Shown here: piece by piece, positions 20,328 through 30,703 of the stretch
How positions within the stretch are numbered: the stretch's first letter is position 1
Layout of the letters: every line of letters begins with the position of its first letter
NCBI GenBank assembly: GCA_963769935.1
Contig: CAVYNY010000020.1
Location: 160,001 to 224,000, forward strand
From: an uncultured delta proteobacterium
Lineage (GTDB): Bacteria; Desulfobacterota; Desulfobacteria; Desulfobacterales; JAFDCJ01
Direction: 5' to 3'
DNA length: 64,000 bases
Position numbers and translations under genes: made by a program
Notes under the pieces: model-generated
What the model was told of the DNA's origin: nothing
Seen by the model: only the letters and a program-made list of their open reading frames with translations
The model's database searches: none

Positions 20328-21224
20328 ATGAAAAAATTATGTTTTTTGGGATTGGTATTTATAGTGGCAATAGCCCTGCTGGCCGGACCGGTTCTGGCAG
20401 ATCAAACCATGGATCAAATCGAAAAAACCGGCAAGATCAGGCTGGGTTTCCGGGAGGGGTCCATCCCCTTTGCGTATGTCGACCCGAAAGTCGGCAAACA
20501 CGTCGGGTTTTCAGTGGACATGGCCGGCGAACTGGCCAAGTATCTGGGTATGCGCTTCGGCAAGACCATTGAAATCGTGCCGTTTACCGTTACCCCAAAA
20601 ACCCGCATCCCCATGGTGGTCAACGGCACCATCGACGTTGAGATGGGGTCGACCACCTACACCCAGAAACGCGAAGAACAGGCCGATTTCAGTTTGATCT
20701 TCTTCTTCTCGGAAACAACCTTTTTGGTGGCTAAAGACAGCGGCGTCCAAACGCTGCAGGACCTGAACGGCAAACGGGTCGGCGCAGCCCGGGGCACCAC
20801 CAATCTCATGGCAGTCCAAAAACTGGCCGAGGAGGGCAAGTTTAAGCCGGCCGATATCGTCGTCACCGAAACCCATCCCCAGGGCATGCTGGCCTTAAAA
20901 AGCGGCAAGATCGACGCCTATTCCACCGATCGCAGCCTGCTGGAGGGATTGCGCATGAAAGACCAGAATCCGGAAAAATGGATGACGGTCCCCTTTGCCA
21001 TTGCTTATGAGCCTTATGCATATATCATGCGCGAAAACGATTCGGATTTCCGCGATTTCGTGAACAACACCATCCTGTGGTCCATTCATAACGGCAAATT
21101 CTTTGAATTGTACGACAAGTGGATGGGGCCCAACGGGGTGGTTCCCATTCCTATGTCGGACGCCTACAAACAATACCTTGAAATGATCGTCTATCCGATC
21201 GAGGACGGGTGGTGGAAGAAGTAG
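20328..21224 (+). CDS. Polar amino-acid ABC transporter substrate-binding protein (GltI-like)
   Basis: Signal peptide; LGFREGSIPFAY, RIPMVVNGTIDVE, STTYTQKR, GTTN. Confidence 0.9.
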   Translation: MKKLCFLGLVFIVAIALLAGPVLADQTMDQIEKTGKIRLGFREGSIPFAYVDPKVGKHVGFSVDMAGELAKYLGMRFGKTIEIVPFTVTPKTRIPMVVNGTIDVEMGSTTYTQKREEQADFSLIFFFSETTFLVAKDSGVQTLQDLNGKRVGAARGTTNLMAVQKLAEEGKFKPADIVVTETHPQGMLALKSGKIDAYSTDRSLLEGLRMKDQNPEKWMTVPFAIAYEPYAYIMRENDSDFRDFVNNTILWSIHNGKFFELYDKWMGPNGVVPIPMSDAYKQYLEMIVYPIEDGWWKK

Positions 21225-21373
21225 AGAGAGGTTGCGCGGTTCAGGGTTCTGCGTTCGGGGTTGAACGGATGGGGACTTGATTTAATTTGCTGAATTTACG
21301 CATTATCGTTTTGATAAGTTCGCTTTTATAACTTGATAATGAAACAATTCTAGCCTTTAAAACTAGCAATAAA

Positions 21374-21395
21374 GAAGGGGGCGGACGCCCCTTTC
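21374..21395 (+). terminator. GC-rich hairpin after the SBP gene
   Basis: GAAGGGGGC-GGAC-GCCCCTTTC. Confidence 0.45.
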
Positions 21396-21522
21396 GGTTT
21401 AGCCGGTTAATATTTATCCATAGGCGTTTATCTGCCTTTTTTCGTGCTTTCGATCTTTCGTGTTTTCGTGATTAGATTATCTTTTTTTGGTGGATCCAGA
21501 TTTCGTATTTCCCGGAGGGTAT

Positions 21523-22240
21523 ATGGGTTTTGCATACCATTTCGACTGGGGGGTGTTGTGGCGCCAGCCCTATGGCATGTGGCTGCTGCAAGGGCTGTGG
21601 CTGACCATCAAGATCGGGTTTTTGGCCTGGATTATCGCCTTCTTCCTGGGAATTTTCGTGGGCACCCTGCGGGTAACCCCCTGGCGCTGGCTGCGCTTCT
21701 ATCGCCGCGGCCTATACCGAGGTGTTTCGCAATATTCCTTTTCTGGTCCAGCTGTTTTTCTGGTATTATGCCGGCCCCATGGTTTTCGGAGAATATTTAG
21801 GGCGCCAAATCAACCATATAATGGGCCTTAACTACTACATAGCCATTTTTGCCCTGGGATTGTACACCGCCTCCCGGGTGGCCGAACACCTGCGGGCCGG
21901 ATTCGCCTCCATCGGCCGCGACCAATACCAGGCGGTGCTGTCTACCGGCATGACCCAATATCAGATGTACCGCTATGTGATCATTCCCTATGCACTGCGA
22001 ATCATTATGCCGCCGCTGACAACCGAGTTTCTGACCATATTCAAAAATTCATCGGTGGCCATGACCATCGGCGTGGCCGAACTCACCTTCATGAGTTATC
22101 AAATCGATGCGGAAACGTTTCACGGGCTGGAGGCAACCACCGGCGCTATGGCGATCTACCTGATTCTGGGTCTGACCGTGGTGCGCATCATGGGCATGGT
22201 TGAAAATAAATTCAAAATACGGGGCCTGATCGGGAGGTAA
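21523..22240 (+). CDS. Amino-acid ABC permease (frameshift near 21705)
   Basis: LQGLWLTI, FRNIPFLVQLFFWYY, AEHLRAG, FKNSS; GGAGG RBS. Confidence 0.85.
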
Positions 22241-22242
22241 GC

Positions 22243-22900
22243 ATGTTCGACGCTGTCACCCGCAATATTACCTTCCTGATGGGCGGCTTTCTCGTGACCC
22301 TCGAATTGACTTTCTTTGCCCTGCTCGGCGGCATTGCCCTGGGCGCCTTGGTCGGGCTGGGCCGGATCTCCAAACGTCCCTGGATTTACTACCCGGTTAC
22401 GTTGTACGTCAACTTACTGCGCAACATTCCGCTGATCCTCGTCATTTTCTGGTTTTACTTTGTGATGCCGATCATCGTCGGACAGCGCGATGGATCCTTT
22501 TCCTTCGGCGGTGATCTCCTTTATTATTTTCGAGGCAACCTATTTCGGCGAAATCTTTCGCGCCGGCTATCAATCCATCAGCAAGGATCTCAGCGCGGCT
22601 GCCTATTCAACCGGCATGACCTATGCCCAGACGGCACGCTACATTCTGGTTCCGATAGCGTTTCGCCGCATGCTGCCGAGTCTGATTACCCAGTCGATCG
22701 TCACCTTTCAGGACACCAGCCTGGCTTTTGTCATCGGCCTGCAGGAATTCGTGCGGCGAGCATCCATCGTGGACAACCTGGAAGTTCGCTCGATTCAGCT
22801 TTTCGGCTTTGTGGCCGTTGTCTTCTTCATTTTCTGTTTCATCGGTTCCAAAATTTCCCGGCATTTCGAGGAAAAAGGCAGAAGGGCAGGCTTGCTATGA
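22243..22900 (+). CDS. Amino-acid ABC permease (frameshift near 22485)
   Basis: RNIPLILVIFWFYF, FEATYFGEIFRAG, FQDTSL. Confidence 0.85.
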
Positions 22901-23620
22901 TTGAAATTAAAAACGTGAGCAAATGGTTTGGTGATTTTCAGGTGCTTGACGGAGGTGAATGAAACGATTGAGCGCGGCCAAACCGTAGTTATTTGCGGAC
23001 CGAGCGGGTCGGGCAAGAGTACCCTGCTGCGCTGCGTCAACGGACTGGAGCCCTACCAGGAAGGCGAAATCTTTGTCGACGGCGTATCGCTGAGCGACCC
23101 CCGGACCAATCTTTACAAGCTGCGGGAAAATATCGGCATGGTTTTTCAGCGATTCGAACTCTATCCGCATATGACCGTTTTGCAAAACATCTGCCTGGCG
23201 CCGATAAAAGTCCGCAAGTGGCCGAAACACAAAGCCGCCCAAAAAGCCATGGCGCTGCTGGAGCGCGTCGGCATTCCCGACAAGGCGGATGCCTATCCGG
23301 CCAATCTTTCCGGCGGCCAGCAGCAGCGGGTGGCCATCGCCCGCTCCCTGGCCATGGAACCCCACTACATGATGTTCGACGAGCCCACCTCGGCCCTGGA
23401 TCCGGAAATGATCAAAGAGGTTCTGGATGTCATGATCGATCTGGCAAAAGAAGGCATGACCATGCTGTGCGTTACCCACGAGATGGGCTTTGCCCGCGAA
23501 GTGGCCGATGAAATCATCTTCATGGACTTCGGCAAAATCGTCGAGCGGGGCACCTACGAGGAATTCTTTAAAAATCCCAAGAGCGAAAGAGCCAAGGAGT
23601 TTTTGGATCAGATTTTGTAA
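22897..23620 (+). CDS. Amino-acid ABC ATP-binding protein (frameshift near 22952)
   Basis: [40 protein letters not shown]. Confidence 0.9.
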
Positions 23621-23831
23621 ATATGCGCTAAGAAGTTTTATTCGAATAGTGTAAATAATGAATGGATTCTATTTTAGGCTTTTAAATAGACAGGATTTAC
23701 AGGATTATTTGGATTTTTAAATTTCCGGTTTCCGGAGGAAACCGAATAAACTCTTGTTCATCCTGCTAATCCTCTCGGAATAAAATATCAAAAAGGAATC
23801 CATTCCCCTATTAGAAGAAGGTCATTGTGAG

Positions 23832-24563
23832 ATGGAAAAAGTAATCGGTATCCTCGGCGGTATGGGGCCGGAAGCCACCGTGGATTGTTTCGACAAGATT
23901 ATCAAAAATACCCCGGCCGCTAAAGATCAGGATCATATCAGGGTCATCATCGATTCCAACCCCAAGGTGCCCGACCGTACGGCGGCCATCATCGGCGACG
24001 GTGAATCACCGGTGCCGGTATTGGTAGCGGGCTGCCGGGCCCTGGCGCGTGCCGGTGCCGATTTTATCATTATTCCCTGTGTTTCCGCGCACGTCTTTCT
24101 ATCAGAGATTCAGCGGCAGATCCAACTGCCGGTTTTGTCCATTTTTGATGCAGTGGCCGAGGCCGTCACCCGGGACCACCCGCAAATTAATACCGTCGGA
24201 CTGCTGGCAACTACCGGCACGCTCAGCGGCGGGCTTTTTCAAAAGCGCCTCGGGCAGGATGCAATAAAAACCCTGGTATGCGAGGATGGGGTGCAGTCAA
24301 GGGTTATGGCAGCCATCTACGACATAAAAAATGCGCATGCCGCCCGCAGCCGATCCGAAATCACGACCGACTTAATTGCGGCGGCCGAGAGCCTGATCGC
24401 CCGCAGTCCGGAGGGCGCCCAAGGCATCATTGCCGGCTGCACTGAAATTCCGCTGGCCCTCAAGCAGGAACACCTGGCGATCCCCTATTTCAATGCCGTA
24501 ACCATCCTGGCTCGTGCTGCGGTTATGCGCGCCGGTATAGAGCCGATTCCCCTGTTGCGTTAA
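23832..24563 (+). CDS. Aspartate/glutamate racemase family (two-Cys; possibly cysteate racemase)
   Basis: GILGGMGPEAT, PDRT, IPCVSAH, LLATTGT, AGCTEIP. Confidence 0.88.
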   Translation: MEKVIGILGGMGPEATVDCFDKIIKNTPAAKDQDHIRVIIDSNPKVPDRTAAIIGDGESPVPVLVAGCRALARAGADFIIIPCVSAHVFLSEIQRQIQLPVLSIFDAVAEAVTRDHPQINTVGLLATTGTLSGGLFQKRLGQDAIKTLVCEDGVQSRVMAAIYDIKNAHAARSRSEITTDLIAAAESLIARSPEGAQGIIAGCTEIPLALKQEHLAIPYFNAVTILARAAVMRAGIEPIPLLR

Positions 24564-24714
24564 GGTGCTCGATGTTTAAATGTAGGTTGTGAATTGTAAG
24601 TTGTAAGTTGCGGATTGAACAAGATTGGATTTTATTTTTATATTTTCGAAAGCTTTGTAAAGAAACTCGATTAATATTGCCCATTTGTTTCCACTAAACT
24701 ATCAGGAGGTCATC

Positions 24715-25062
24715 ATGCCGGTCGGGAGCATTGAAAAATTTCAAACCGAAAGAGAAGAATTGAACAACCTTGTCATGGAATACGCCGGTCTGGGCACCAA
24801 GCGATTTTACAGCCTGGACTCGCAGGCTTACCGGGACGGCGCTCTTCCGGCAAAGTTCAAAGAGCTGCTGGGTCTGGTGGCCTCATTTGTATTAAGGTGT
24901 GACGATTGCATCAAATACCATATTATCCGGTGTTTCGAAGAAGGCGTCACCGACCAGGAATTGGAGGAAGCCCTGTTTGTCGGATTGATTGTCGGCGGCA
25001 CCATCACGATTCCCCATCAGCGGCGAGCCATTCAGGCGTGGGATGAAATGAAAAGTAAGTAA
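24715..25062 (+). CDS. Carboxymuconolactone decarboxylase/AhpD family protein
   Basis: GALPAKFKELLGL..RCDDCIKYH; AGGAGG RBS. Confidence 0.85.
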   Translation: MPVGSIEKFQTEREELNNLVMEYAGLGTKRFYSLDSQAYRDGALPAKFKELLGLVASFVLRCDDCIKYHIIRCFEEGVTDQELEEALFVGLIVGGTITIPHQRRAIQAWDEMKSK

Positions 25063-25076
25063 TTTTCAATTCACAC

Positions 25077-25104
25077 TTGATATATGCATAAATATGTGTA
25101 TAAT
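25077..25104 (+). promoter_or_regulatory. Sigma70-type promoter of brnTA
   Basis: TTGATA-16 bp-TATAAT with an imperfect palindrome in the spacer. Confidence 0.6.
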
Positions 25105-25111
25105 ATAGACC

Positions 25112-25387
25112 CTGACGTTTACCTGGGATGAATCAAAACGTAAAATTAATCTTATTAAACATGGAATGGATTTCGTTGATGCGAAGGATGTATTTCCAGG
25201 TGCAACCTTTACGTTCGAGGACGATCGGTTATCTTACGGCGAACAAAGGTTCATTACAATTGGCTTGTTAAGAGATGTCGTGGTTGTAATTGCTCATACT
25301 GAGCGTAATGACGAAATTCGTATTATTTCCATGCGAAAGGCCACCAAATATGAGCAAAAAATTTATTTCCAAGGATTCACAGACTGA
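25112..25387 (+). CDS. brnT: BrnT family toxin (probable CTG start)
   Basis: (L)TFTWDESKRKINLIKHGMDF..YGEQRFITIG..IRIISMRKA; in-frame TAG at 25106. Confidence 0.85.
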   Translation: MTFTWDESKRKINLIKHGMDFVDAKDVFPGATFTFEDDRLSYGEQRFITIGLLRDVVVVIAHTERNDEIRIISMRKATKYEQKIYFQGFTD

Positions 25388-25685
25388 TTGGCAGCGTATT
25401 AATTCTATGCAGGATGAAGACATCGATACGTCTGATATTCCTGAAGTTACTGAAGATCAAATGGCAAAGGCCAAATTGCGCCTTGGCGGCAGGGATGTGT
25501 CTAAAGGCAAAATCCGAGTGAATATATTCCTGGATGCAGAAGTTGTCGCCTATTTCAAAGCAAAAGCCGGTGGACGGGGTTATCAAACACTTATCAACGA
25601 AGCGCTGAAAACGAATATCCGGAACATCGACCTGGAAAATATCATGCGCCGGGTGATTCGCGAAGAGCTTCATGCGATAGACTGA
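25350..25685 (+). CDS. brnA: BrnA family antitoxin
   Basis: TDWQRI..DIDTSDIPE..VNIFLDAEVVAYFKA..GYQTLINEAL. Confidence 0.88.
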   Translation: MSKKFISKDSQTDWQRINSMQDEDIDTSDIPEVTEDQMAKAKLRLGGRDVSKGKIRVNIFLDAEVVAYFKAKAGGRGYQTLINEALKTNIRNIDLENIMRRVIREELHAID

Positions 25686-25710
25686 TTCAACGTGGAAAGT
25701 GGAGTAGAAA

Positions 25711-27072
25711 ATGGATCATATTCTGGCGGAAGTCATCAAACGGGCAACACGCTATCTTGCCGAACTGCCGGGCAGACGGGTAAGCCCTGCCCCGGATGCC
25801 GTGGACGGCCTCAGGCGCCTTGACGTGCCGCTGCAGGATCATCCGCTCGAACCGGCAACCGTGCTTGCCGAGTTGGACGACATCTGCTCCGCTGCTACGG
25901 TGGCATCCGCCGGCGGACGCTATTTCGGGTTTGTCATCGGCGGCGCCCTGCCGGCGGCCGCGGCGGCCAATATGCTGGCGGGGGTTTGGGATCAGAACGC
26001 TGGTCTGGAAGCGGCCTCGCCGGCGGCGTCATTTATCGAAGAAGTTTGCCGGCAATGGCTGCTGGCATTGTTGGGACTGCCGCCGCAGACCGCCGTCGGA
26101 TATGTCACCGGGGCAACCATGGCCAATTTCACAGGGTTGGCCGCAGCCCGGCATGCGCTGCTGGCAAAGCAGGGCTGGGATGTTGAATCCCGCGGGCTGT
26201 TTGGAGCCCCGCCCATAAAAGTTATCGTCGGGGAAGAAGTGCATGTAAGCGTGCTGAAAGCCTTGAGCATGCTCGGTCTGGGCCGGGATCGGGTTGAAAG
26301 AGTGCCCGTTGACGGTCAGGGCCGCATGCGGGCTGACTTGCTGCCTCGAGTTGATGGACCGGCCATTATTTGCCTGCAATCCGGCAACGTGAATACCGGG
26401 GCCTTTGACCCGGCCGCCGAGATTTGTCTAAAGGCCAGGAAATCAGGGGCCTGGGTCCACGTGGACGGCGCCTTTGGATTGTGGGCGGCCGCCGTGCCGC
26501 AAAAATCTTTGCTCGTGGACGGTGTGGCCGATGCCGACTCATGGGCGACGGATGCTCACAAATGGCTCAATGTGCCTTACGACAGCGGTCTGGTTTTCGT
26601 GCGCGACGTCCGCCACCTGGCGGCCGCCATGTCGACCCATGCCGCCTACCTGATCGAAGGGGCACGAAGAGAGCCCTGTCAGTACGTTCCGGAGCTGTCG
26701 CGCCGGGCCCGCGGCATCGAAATCTGGGCCGCGCTGCGATCATTGGGAAAATCGGGAATGGCGGACTTAGTCGCAAGATGCTGCCGGCATGCGCTTCAAT
26801 TTGCCGAAGGACTGCAGCAGGCAGGGTATCGGGTGTTAAATGAAGTCGTGCTCAATCAGGTCCTGGTTGAATTCGGCGATGAAGAACAAACGCGCCGCGT
26901 GATAAAAGGCATCCAGCAGGACGGCACCTGCTGGTGCGGGGAAACCAAATGGCAGGGACATGTTGCGATGCGAATCAGCGTATCCTCCTGGGCCACCACC
27001 GCAGAAGACGTTGAAAAAAGCCTGGCGGCTATTCTCAGAGTTGCGGCTGAAGAAACAGGAGGCAAGCGATGA
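25711..27072 (+). CDS. Group II PLP-dependent decarboxylase
   Basis: RYFGFVIGG, WDQN, TGATMAN, HVDGAFG, TDAHKWLNVPYDSG, SRRARG. Confidence 0.9.
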   Translation: MDHILAEVIKRATRYLAELPGRRVSPAPDAVDGLRRLDVPLQDHPLEPATVLAELDDICSAATVASAGGRYFGFVIGGALPAAAAANMLAGVWDQNAGLEAASPAASFIEEVCRQWLLALLGLPPQTAVGYVTGATMANFTGLAAARHALLAKQGWDVESRGLFGAPPIKVIVGEEVHVSVLKALSMLGLGRDRVERVPVDGQGRMRADLLPRVDGPAIICLQSGNVNTGAFDPAAEICLKARKSGAWVHVDGAFGLWAAAVPQKSLLVDGVADADSWATDAHKWLNVPYDSGLVFVRDVRHLAAAMSTHAAYLIEGARREPCQYVPELSRRARGIEIWAALRSLGKSGMADLVARCCRHALQFAEGLQQAGYRVLNEVVLNQVLVEFGDEEQTRRVIKGIQQDGTCWCGETKWQGHVAMRISVSSWATTAEDVEKSLAAILRVAAEETGGKR

Positions 27073-27917
27073 AAATTCAGATTATTCAGGTACCGTATGA
27101 CTGCGGCTACAAGGATGTGCGACAGGGACGGGCTCCGGAATATTTTCTGAGTAACAACCTGGTCCCATTGCTCGAAGCCGACGGACACCGTGTCGAGGTT
27201 TCCCGGATCGAGGCCAAATCCAGGTTTACCCTGGAAGTGGGAACCGCCTTCGAACTGAACCGGCTATTGTCTCCGGCAGTCAAGAGCGCCGTCGCTGCCG
27301 GCAGGTTCCCGCTCGTGCTGGCCGGCAATTGCAACAGCTGTCTGGGCAGCATCGCCGGCATCAATTCGGATCGATTGGGAGTTGTCTGGTTTGATGCGCA
27401 CGGGGAATTCAACACTCCGGAAACAACCCTCAGTGGATTTCTGGACGGAATGCCGCTGGCTATCGCGACGGGGCGCTGCTGGAAGGGCGTCGCAGGAACG
27501 ATCCCGGGGTTTACAGCGGTCGGGGAGTCCGATGTCATCCTGGTAGGCGCGTGCGACCTGGATTCCGAGGAACAGCGGCAGCTGGAGCAAAGCGAAGTGA
27601 ATGTGATAAAATCCGCAGGCCGGAATGACGAGGAGATTTTAAAATCGATCGAAGCGGCGCTGGTGCGCCTGCAAGGCCGGGTTGGCGGCATCTACCTGCA
27701 TATCGACATGGATGCCTTTGAAATCAGCGAAGGCCGGGCCAATCATTATGGGGCCACCGGAGGCTTGAGTGTCGCGTTGATTGAAGGGGCTATTGCCGCA
27801 GTCAAGAAGCACTTTAAAATAATGTCCGCCACGCTGGCCTCTTTCGATCCGGCCGGTGATACGAACGGCCTGTTTTTAGAGGCCGGGCTGCGATGTATCA
27901 GAAAGATGACGTCGTGA
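27069..27917 (+). CDS. Arginase/ureohydrolase family protein (atypical ligands)
   Basis: LAGNCNS, WFDAHGEFNTP, FLDGMP, HIDMDAF. Confidence 0.82.
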   Translation: MKIQIIQVPYDCGYKDVRQGRAPEYFLSNNLVPLLEADGHRVEVSRIEAKSRFTLEVGTAFELNRLLSPAVKSAVAAGRFPLVLAGNCNSCLGSIAGINSDRLGVVWFDAHGEFNTPETTLSGFLDGMPLAIATGRCWKGVAGTIPGFTAVGESDVILVGACDLDSEEQRQLEQSEVNVIKSAGRNDEEILKSIEAALVRLQGRVGGIYLHIDMDAFEISEGRANHYGATGGLSVALIEGAIAAVKKHFKIMSATLASFDPAGDTNGLFLEAGLRCIRKMTS

Positions 27918-28021
27918 AGTGATACTTGTCCGGCATTATGGTTTAATATTTCGTATTTTGGTGGAATCCAGCATGATCGGTTCAGGGTCCAAGGTTGATG
28001 ATTTCCTAATAAGTCCGATTC

Positions 28022-28122
28022 CGTCATCTTGCTGGATGCCCGCCTGCGCGTGAATGACAATAAATTAATAAATATCAAGCAGATATGATTACTGTCATGC
28101 CCGCGAAGTCGGGCATCCAGTC
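28022..28122. repeat. Inverted pair of REP-like units (GTCAT..CCCGCGAAGTCGGGCATCCAG); related unit at 61972-62000
   Basis: ctggatgcccgcctgcgcgtgaatgac ... gtcatgcccgcgaagtcgggcatccag. Confidence 0.65.
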
Positions 28123-28213
28123 GTTAAAATGGCTTTTACGATATCACCAGGGTTCAAAGGATACAACACCGGGAGCAATTAGCTATACGGATGTTGCGCG
28201 AGGTTCGGGCAGG

Positions 28214-28729
28214 TCAGCAATCGATGCCCTTGCGGGCCAGGACGCCTTTCTGGTAGTAGTGTTTGATCTCGCGCATCTCACTGACCAGATCGGCCCGTTC
28301 GATCAGCCGCGGATCCGCCTTACGCCCGGTGAAAATCAACTCGACGCCGGGCGGCTTTATATCAATCAGCGCCGTCAGGTCGTCCGCCGACAACAGGCCA
28401 AAGTGAGTGGCAATATTGGCCTCGTCAAGGATGACGACATCATGACCGCCCGCGGCAACGATTTGTCGGACCTCGTCGAGTCCGGATCTGGCAAGCTGAA
28501 CATCCTCGTCGCCCGGCTGCCCCTGCAGCCAGCAGCCGCTGCCGTACTGACGGCAGGTAATCAGGTCCGGAAATCGCTCCAGCGCGAATATTTCGCTGTA
28601 TTTCTCCGACTTGACAAACTGGGCGATAAAAACCTTCAGACCCGCTCCGGCCGCCCGCAGGGCAAGACCCATCGCCGCCGTGGTTTTGCCTTGACCGTCA
28701 CCGGTGTATACTTGGACGTATCCTCTCAT
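28214..28729 (-). CDS. cobO: Cob(I)alamin adenosyltransferase (CobO/BtuR family)
   Basis: VQVYTGDGQGKTTAAMGLALRA, QFVK, ILDE, FTGR, ADLVSEM..KHYY. Confidence 0.9.
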   Translation of the reverse strand: MRGYVQVYTGDGQGKTTAAMGLALRAAGAGLKVFIAQFVKSEKYSEIFALERFPDLITCRQYGSGCWLQGQPGDEDVQLARSGLDEVRQIVAAGGHDVVILDEANIATHFGLLSADDLTALIDIKPPGVELIFTGRKADPRLIERADLVSEMREIKHYYQKGVLARKGIDC

Positions 28730-28733
28730 GGCA

Positions 28734-29339
28734 TTACTGCAACATAGCCTCGTGGAATCTCTCCGCCATTATTTTATAGCCTTTATCGTTTGGGTGAATC
28801 GGATCACTCATCAGATCACGATTTCCCATAATGCCTCCAAGAATATTGGGAATAAGGGAGGCGCCGGTTTCATCGGCCAGTTTTTTATAGGCCCTTCCGA
28901 AACCGCGGTCCCTTAACGGAAAATTCAGCCCGCCGATAACCACCCGCGCTCCCTGTTTCTGGATTGATTCAACAATCATCTTCAAATTCTTAAAAGCAAT
29001 ATCTTTGGCAACACCGTTTTTAAGATCATTGCCGCCTAGCGTGATCAGAACCACATCCGGAGATCTGGCCAGTACATCGCGATCGAGCCTCTGCAGTGCT
29101 CTGGCTGTCGTATCCCCCGGCACACCCATATTTACCACAGGCTTGGCAATAAGTTTCGACAACTGCGCCGGATAGTCCATGCCTTCGCCGGCCCCGGTGC
29201 CGTAAGTTAAACTGTCTCCAAAGCAGATGATGGTCTCATAGGGTATCTTGGTGGAGCCCATGCGGGGCGAAGAGAAAAATAACCTGTAACCCAGAAATAC
29301 AATAGCAACCGCAAGAAAAATATAGAATAGTTTTTTCAT
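28734..29339 (-). CDS. GDSL/SGNH arylesterase (TesA-like)
   Basis: FGDSLT, GVPGDTT, LGGND, DPIHPN. Confidence 0.9.
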   Translation of the reverse strand: MKKLFYIFLAVAIVFLGYRLFFSSPRMGSTKIPYETIICFGDSLTYGTGAGEGMDYPAQLSKLIAKPVVNMGVPGDTTARALQRLDRDVLARSPDVVLITLGGNDLKNGVAKDIAFKNLKMIVESIQKQGARVVIGGLNFPLRDRGFGRAYKKLADETGASLIPNILGGIMGNRDLMSDPIHPNDKGYKIMAERFHEAMLQ

Positions 29340-29418
29340 ACCCTAACAGTAAAGAATTCTGGGCCAGAAGACCAAGTATTCAATGTTGAAATAAGCCTTC
29401 ACGCCAGCTGCATGATCG

Positions 29419-30351
29419 TCATAGTTCCCGGCGGATCGGATAGGCCGGCGCCTCTTTCTGGGGCCGCCAGTGGACCACCAGGATGCCGGACACGATAAAT
29501 ACAAGTGCCAGCAATATCTTAACGGTAATGGGTTCTCCCAGCACCAGCCCCCCCAGAGCGACACCTGAAATCGGCATGATAAAGATGAATGAATGCAGCG
29601 CAACTGCGCCGTATTTTTTGAGCATGGTGTTCCAGGCCACAAATCCGAAAGAGGCGGAAATCAGGCTCTGGTAAGCCAGCGCACCAATGACCGGGCCATC
29701 CAGATTGAATACCATCGGGGTGTCCCATAGCAGGGCCTCCATTAAAAAAATCGGAACCGAAAACAGCGTTGAATACATCACCACCTGAAAAGGACTGAAC
29801 GTGCTGATCACCCGCTTCAGATACACCGAAGCGCAGGCCCAGAAAAAGGTGGCGCAGAGAATGATCAGATCTCCCGTACGCAAGCCGGCGGCGGCCGCAT
29901 TTTTATCCAGAAACATTATGATCACCCCCGCAAATCCCAGCAGGATTCCGAAAAATTTTCGCCGGGTGATCCGGTCCCCCGGTATAAAAAAGTGGGCCAG
30001 AAATAAAATAAAAAAGGGCAGCAGATTCGCAAGCAAGGCGCCGCGGGAAGCGTTTGTTTTGCTGAGCCCCAAATAAAACAGCGACAACTGGATCGTAAAA
30101 AGTATTGAAAATATCAGCACCTGCCTGATTTGCCCCTTTTTCAGAGCGACGGTCCGCCCGGTCAATCTGGCCCACAGGTAAATAGTCACCGCGGCGGTGA
30201 GGAAGCGGAGGGCGGCGGTGGTAAACACCCCCAAACCGGTAAAAGTAATCTTTACGGCAACGGTATTGGACCCGAAAATTGCGCACAAAAAAATTGTGTA
30301 CAGCGCGGCCGCCAGGGGAAGCTCCTGATTGGACGGCAATTGATCTGCCAT
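29419..30351 (-). CDS. DMT/EamA family transporter
   Basis: About 10 hydrophobic segments in two EamA repeats. Confidence 0.88.
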   Translation of the reverse strand: MADQLPSNQELPLAAALYTIFLCAIFGSNTVAVKITFTGLGVFTTAALRFLTAAVTIYLWARLTGRTVALKKGQIRQVLIFSILFTIQLSLFYLGLSKTNASRGALLANLLPFFILFLAHFFIPGDRITRRKFFGILLGFAGVIIMFLDKNAAAAGLRTGDLIILCATFFWACASVYLKRVISTFSPFQVVMYSTLFSVPIFLMEALLWDTPMVFNLDGPVIGALAYQSLISASFGFVAWNTMLKKYGAVALHSFIFIMPISGVALGGLVLGEPITVKILLALVFIVSGILVVHWRPQKEAPAYPIRREL

Positions 30352-30592
30352 TGGGCACCGATTTTTCAAAAGCAAAAGTAATCTTACAGCGTCGATAACA
30401 ACTTGTGATAAATGCCAAGGTAGTTTGATACACCACTTGGATGACCTTTACAAGGATCTAAACTGATAGGAAATCTTTGACAAATAAATATGATTGTGAA
30501 ACAGTCCGCCTCGGAAAAAATTTTTGCTCAATTGAACCAAGGCTTGAACCCAAAGTCCGGGCCGGCGTAAAAAAATATGCGCAGCATAAAGC

Positions 30593-30687
30593 AATTCATC
30601 CGCCGGACCTTAAATCTTACAACTTCCCTTCGTATTAAAAGAAAAATATACAGCCCTGAAAGCGCTGTTTTTCAGGGCGGATGAATT
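30593..30687. repeat. AATTCATCCGCC...GGCGGATGAATT inverted-repeat element abutting the mttB RBS
   Basis: 12-bp perfect terminal inverted repeat directly followed by AGGAGG. Confidence 0.65.
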
Positions 30688-30703
30688 AGGAGGATTTAAA
30701 TCA

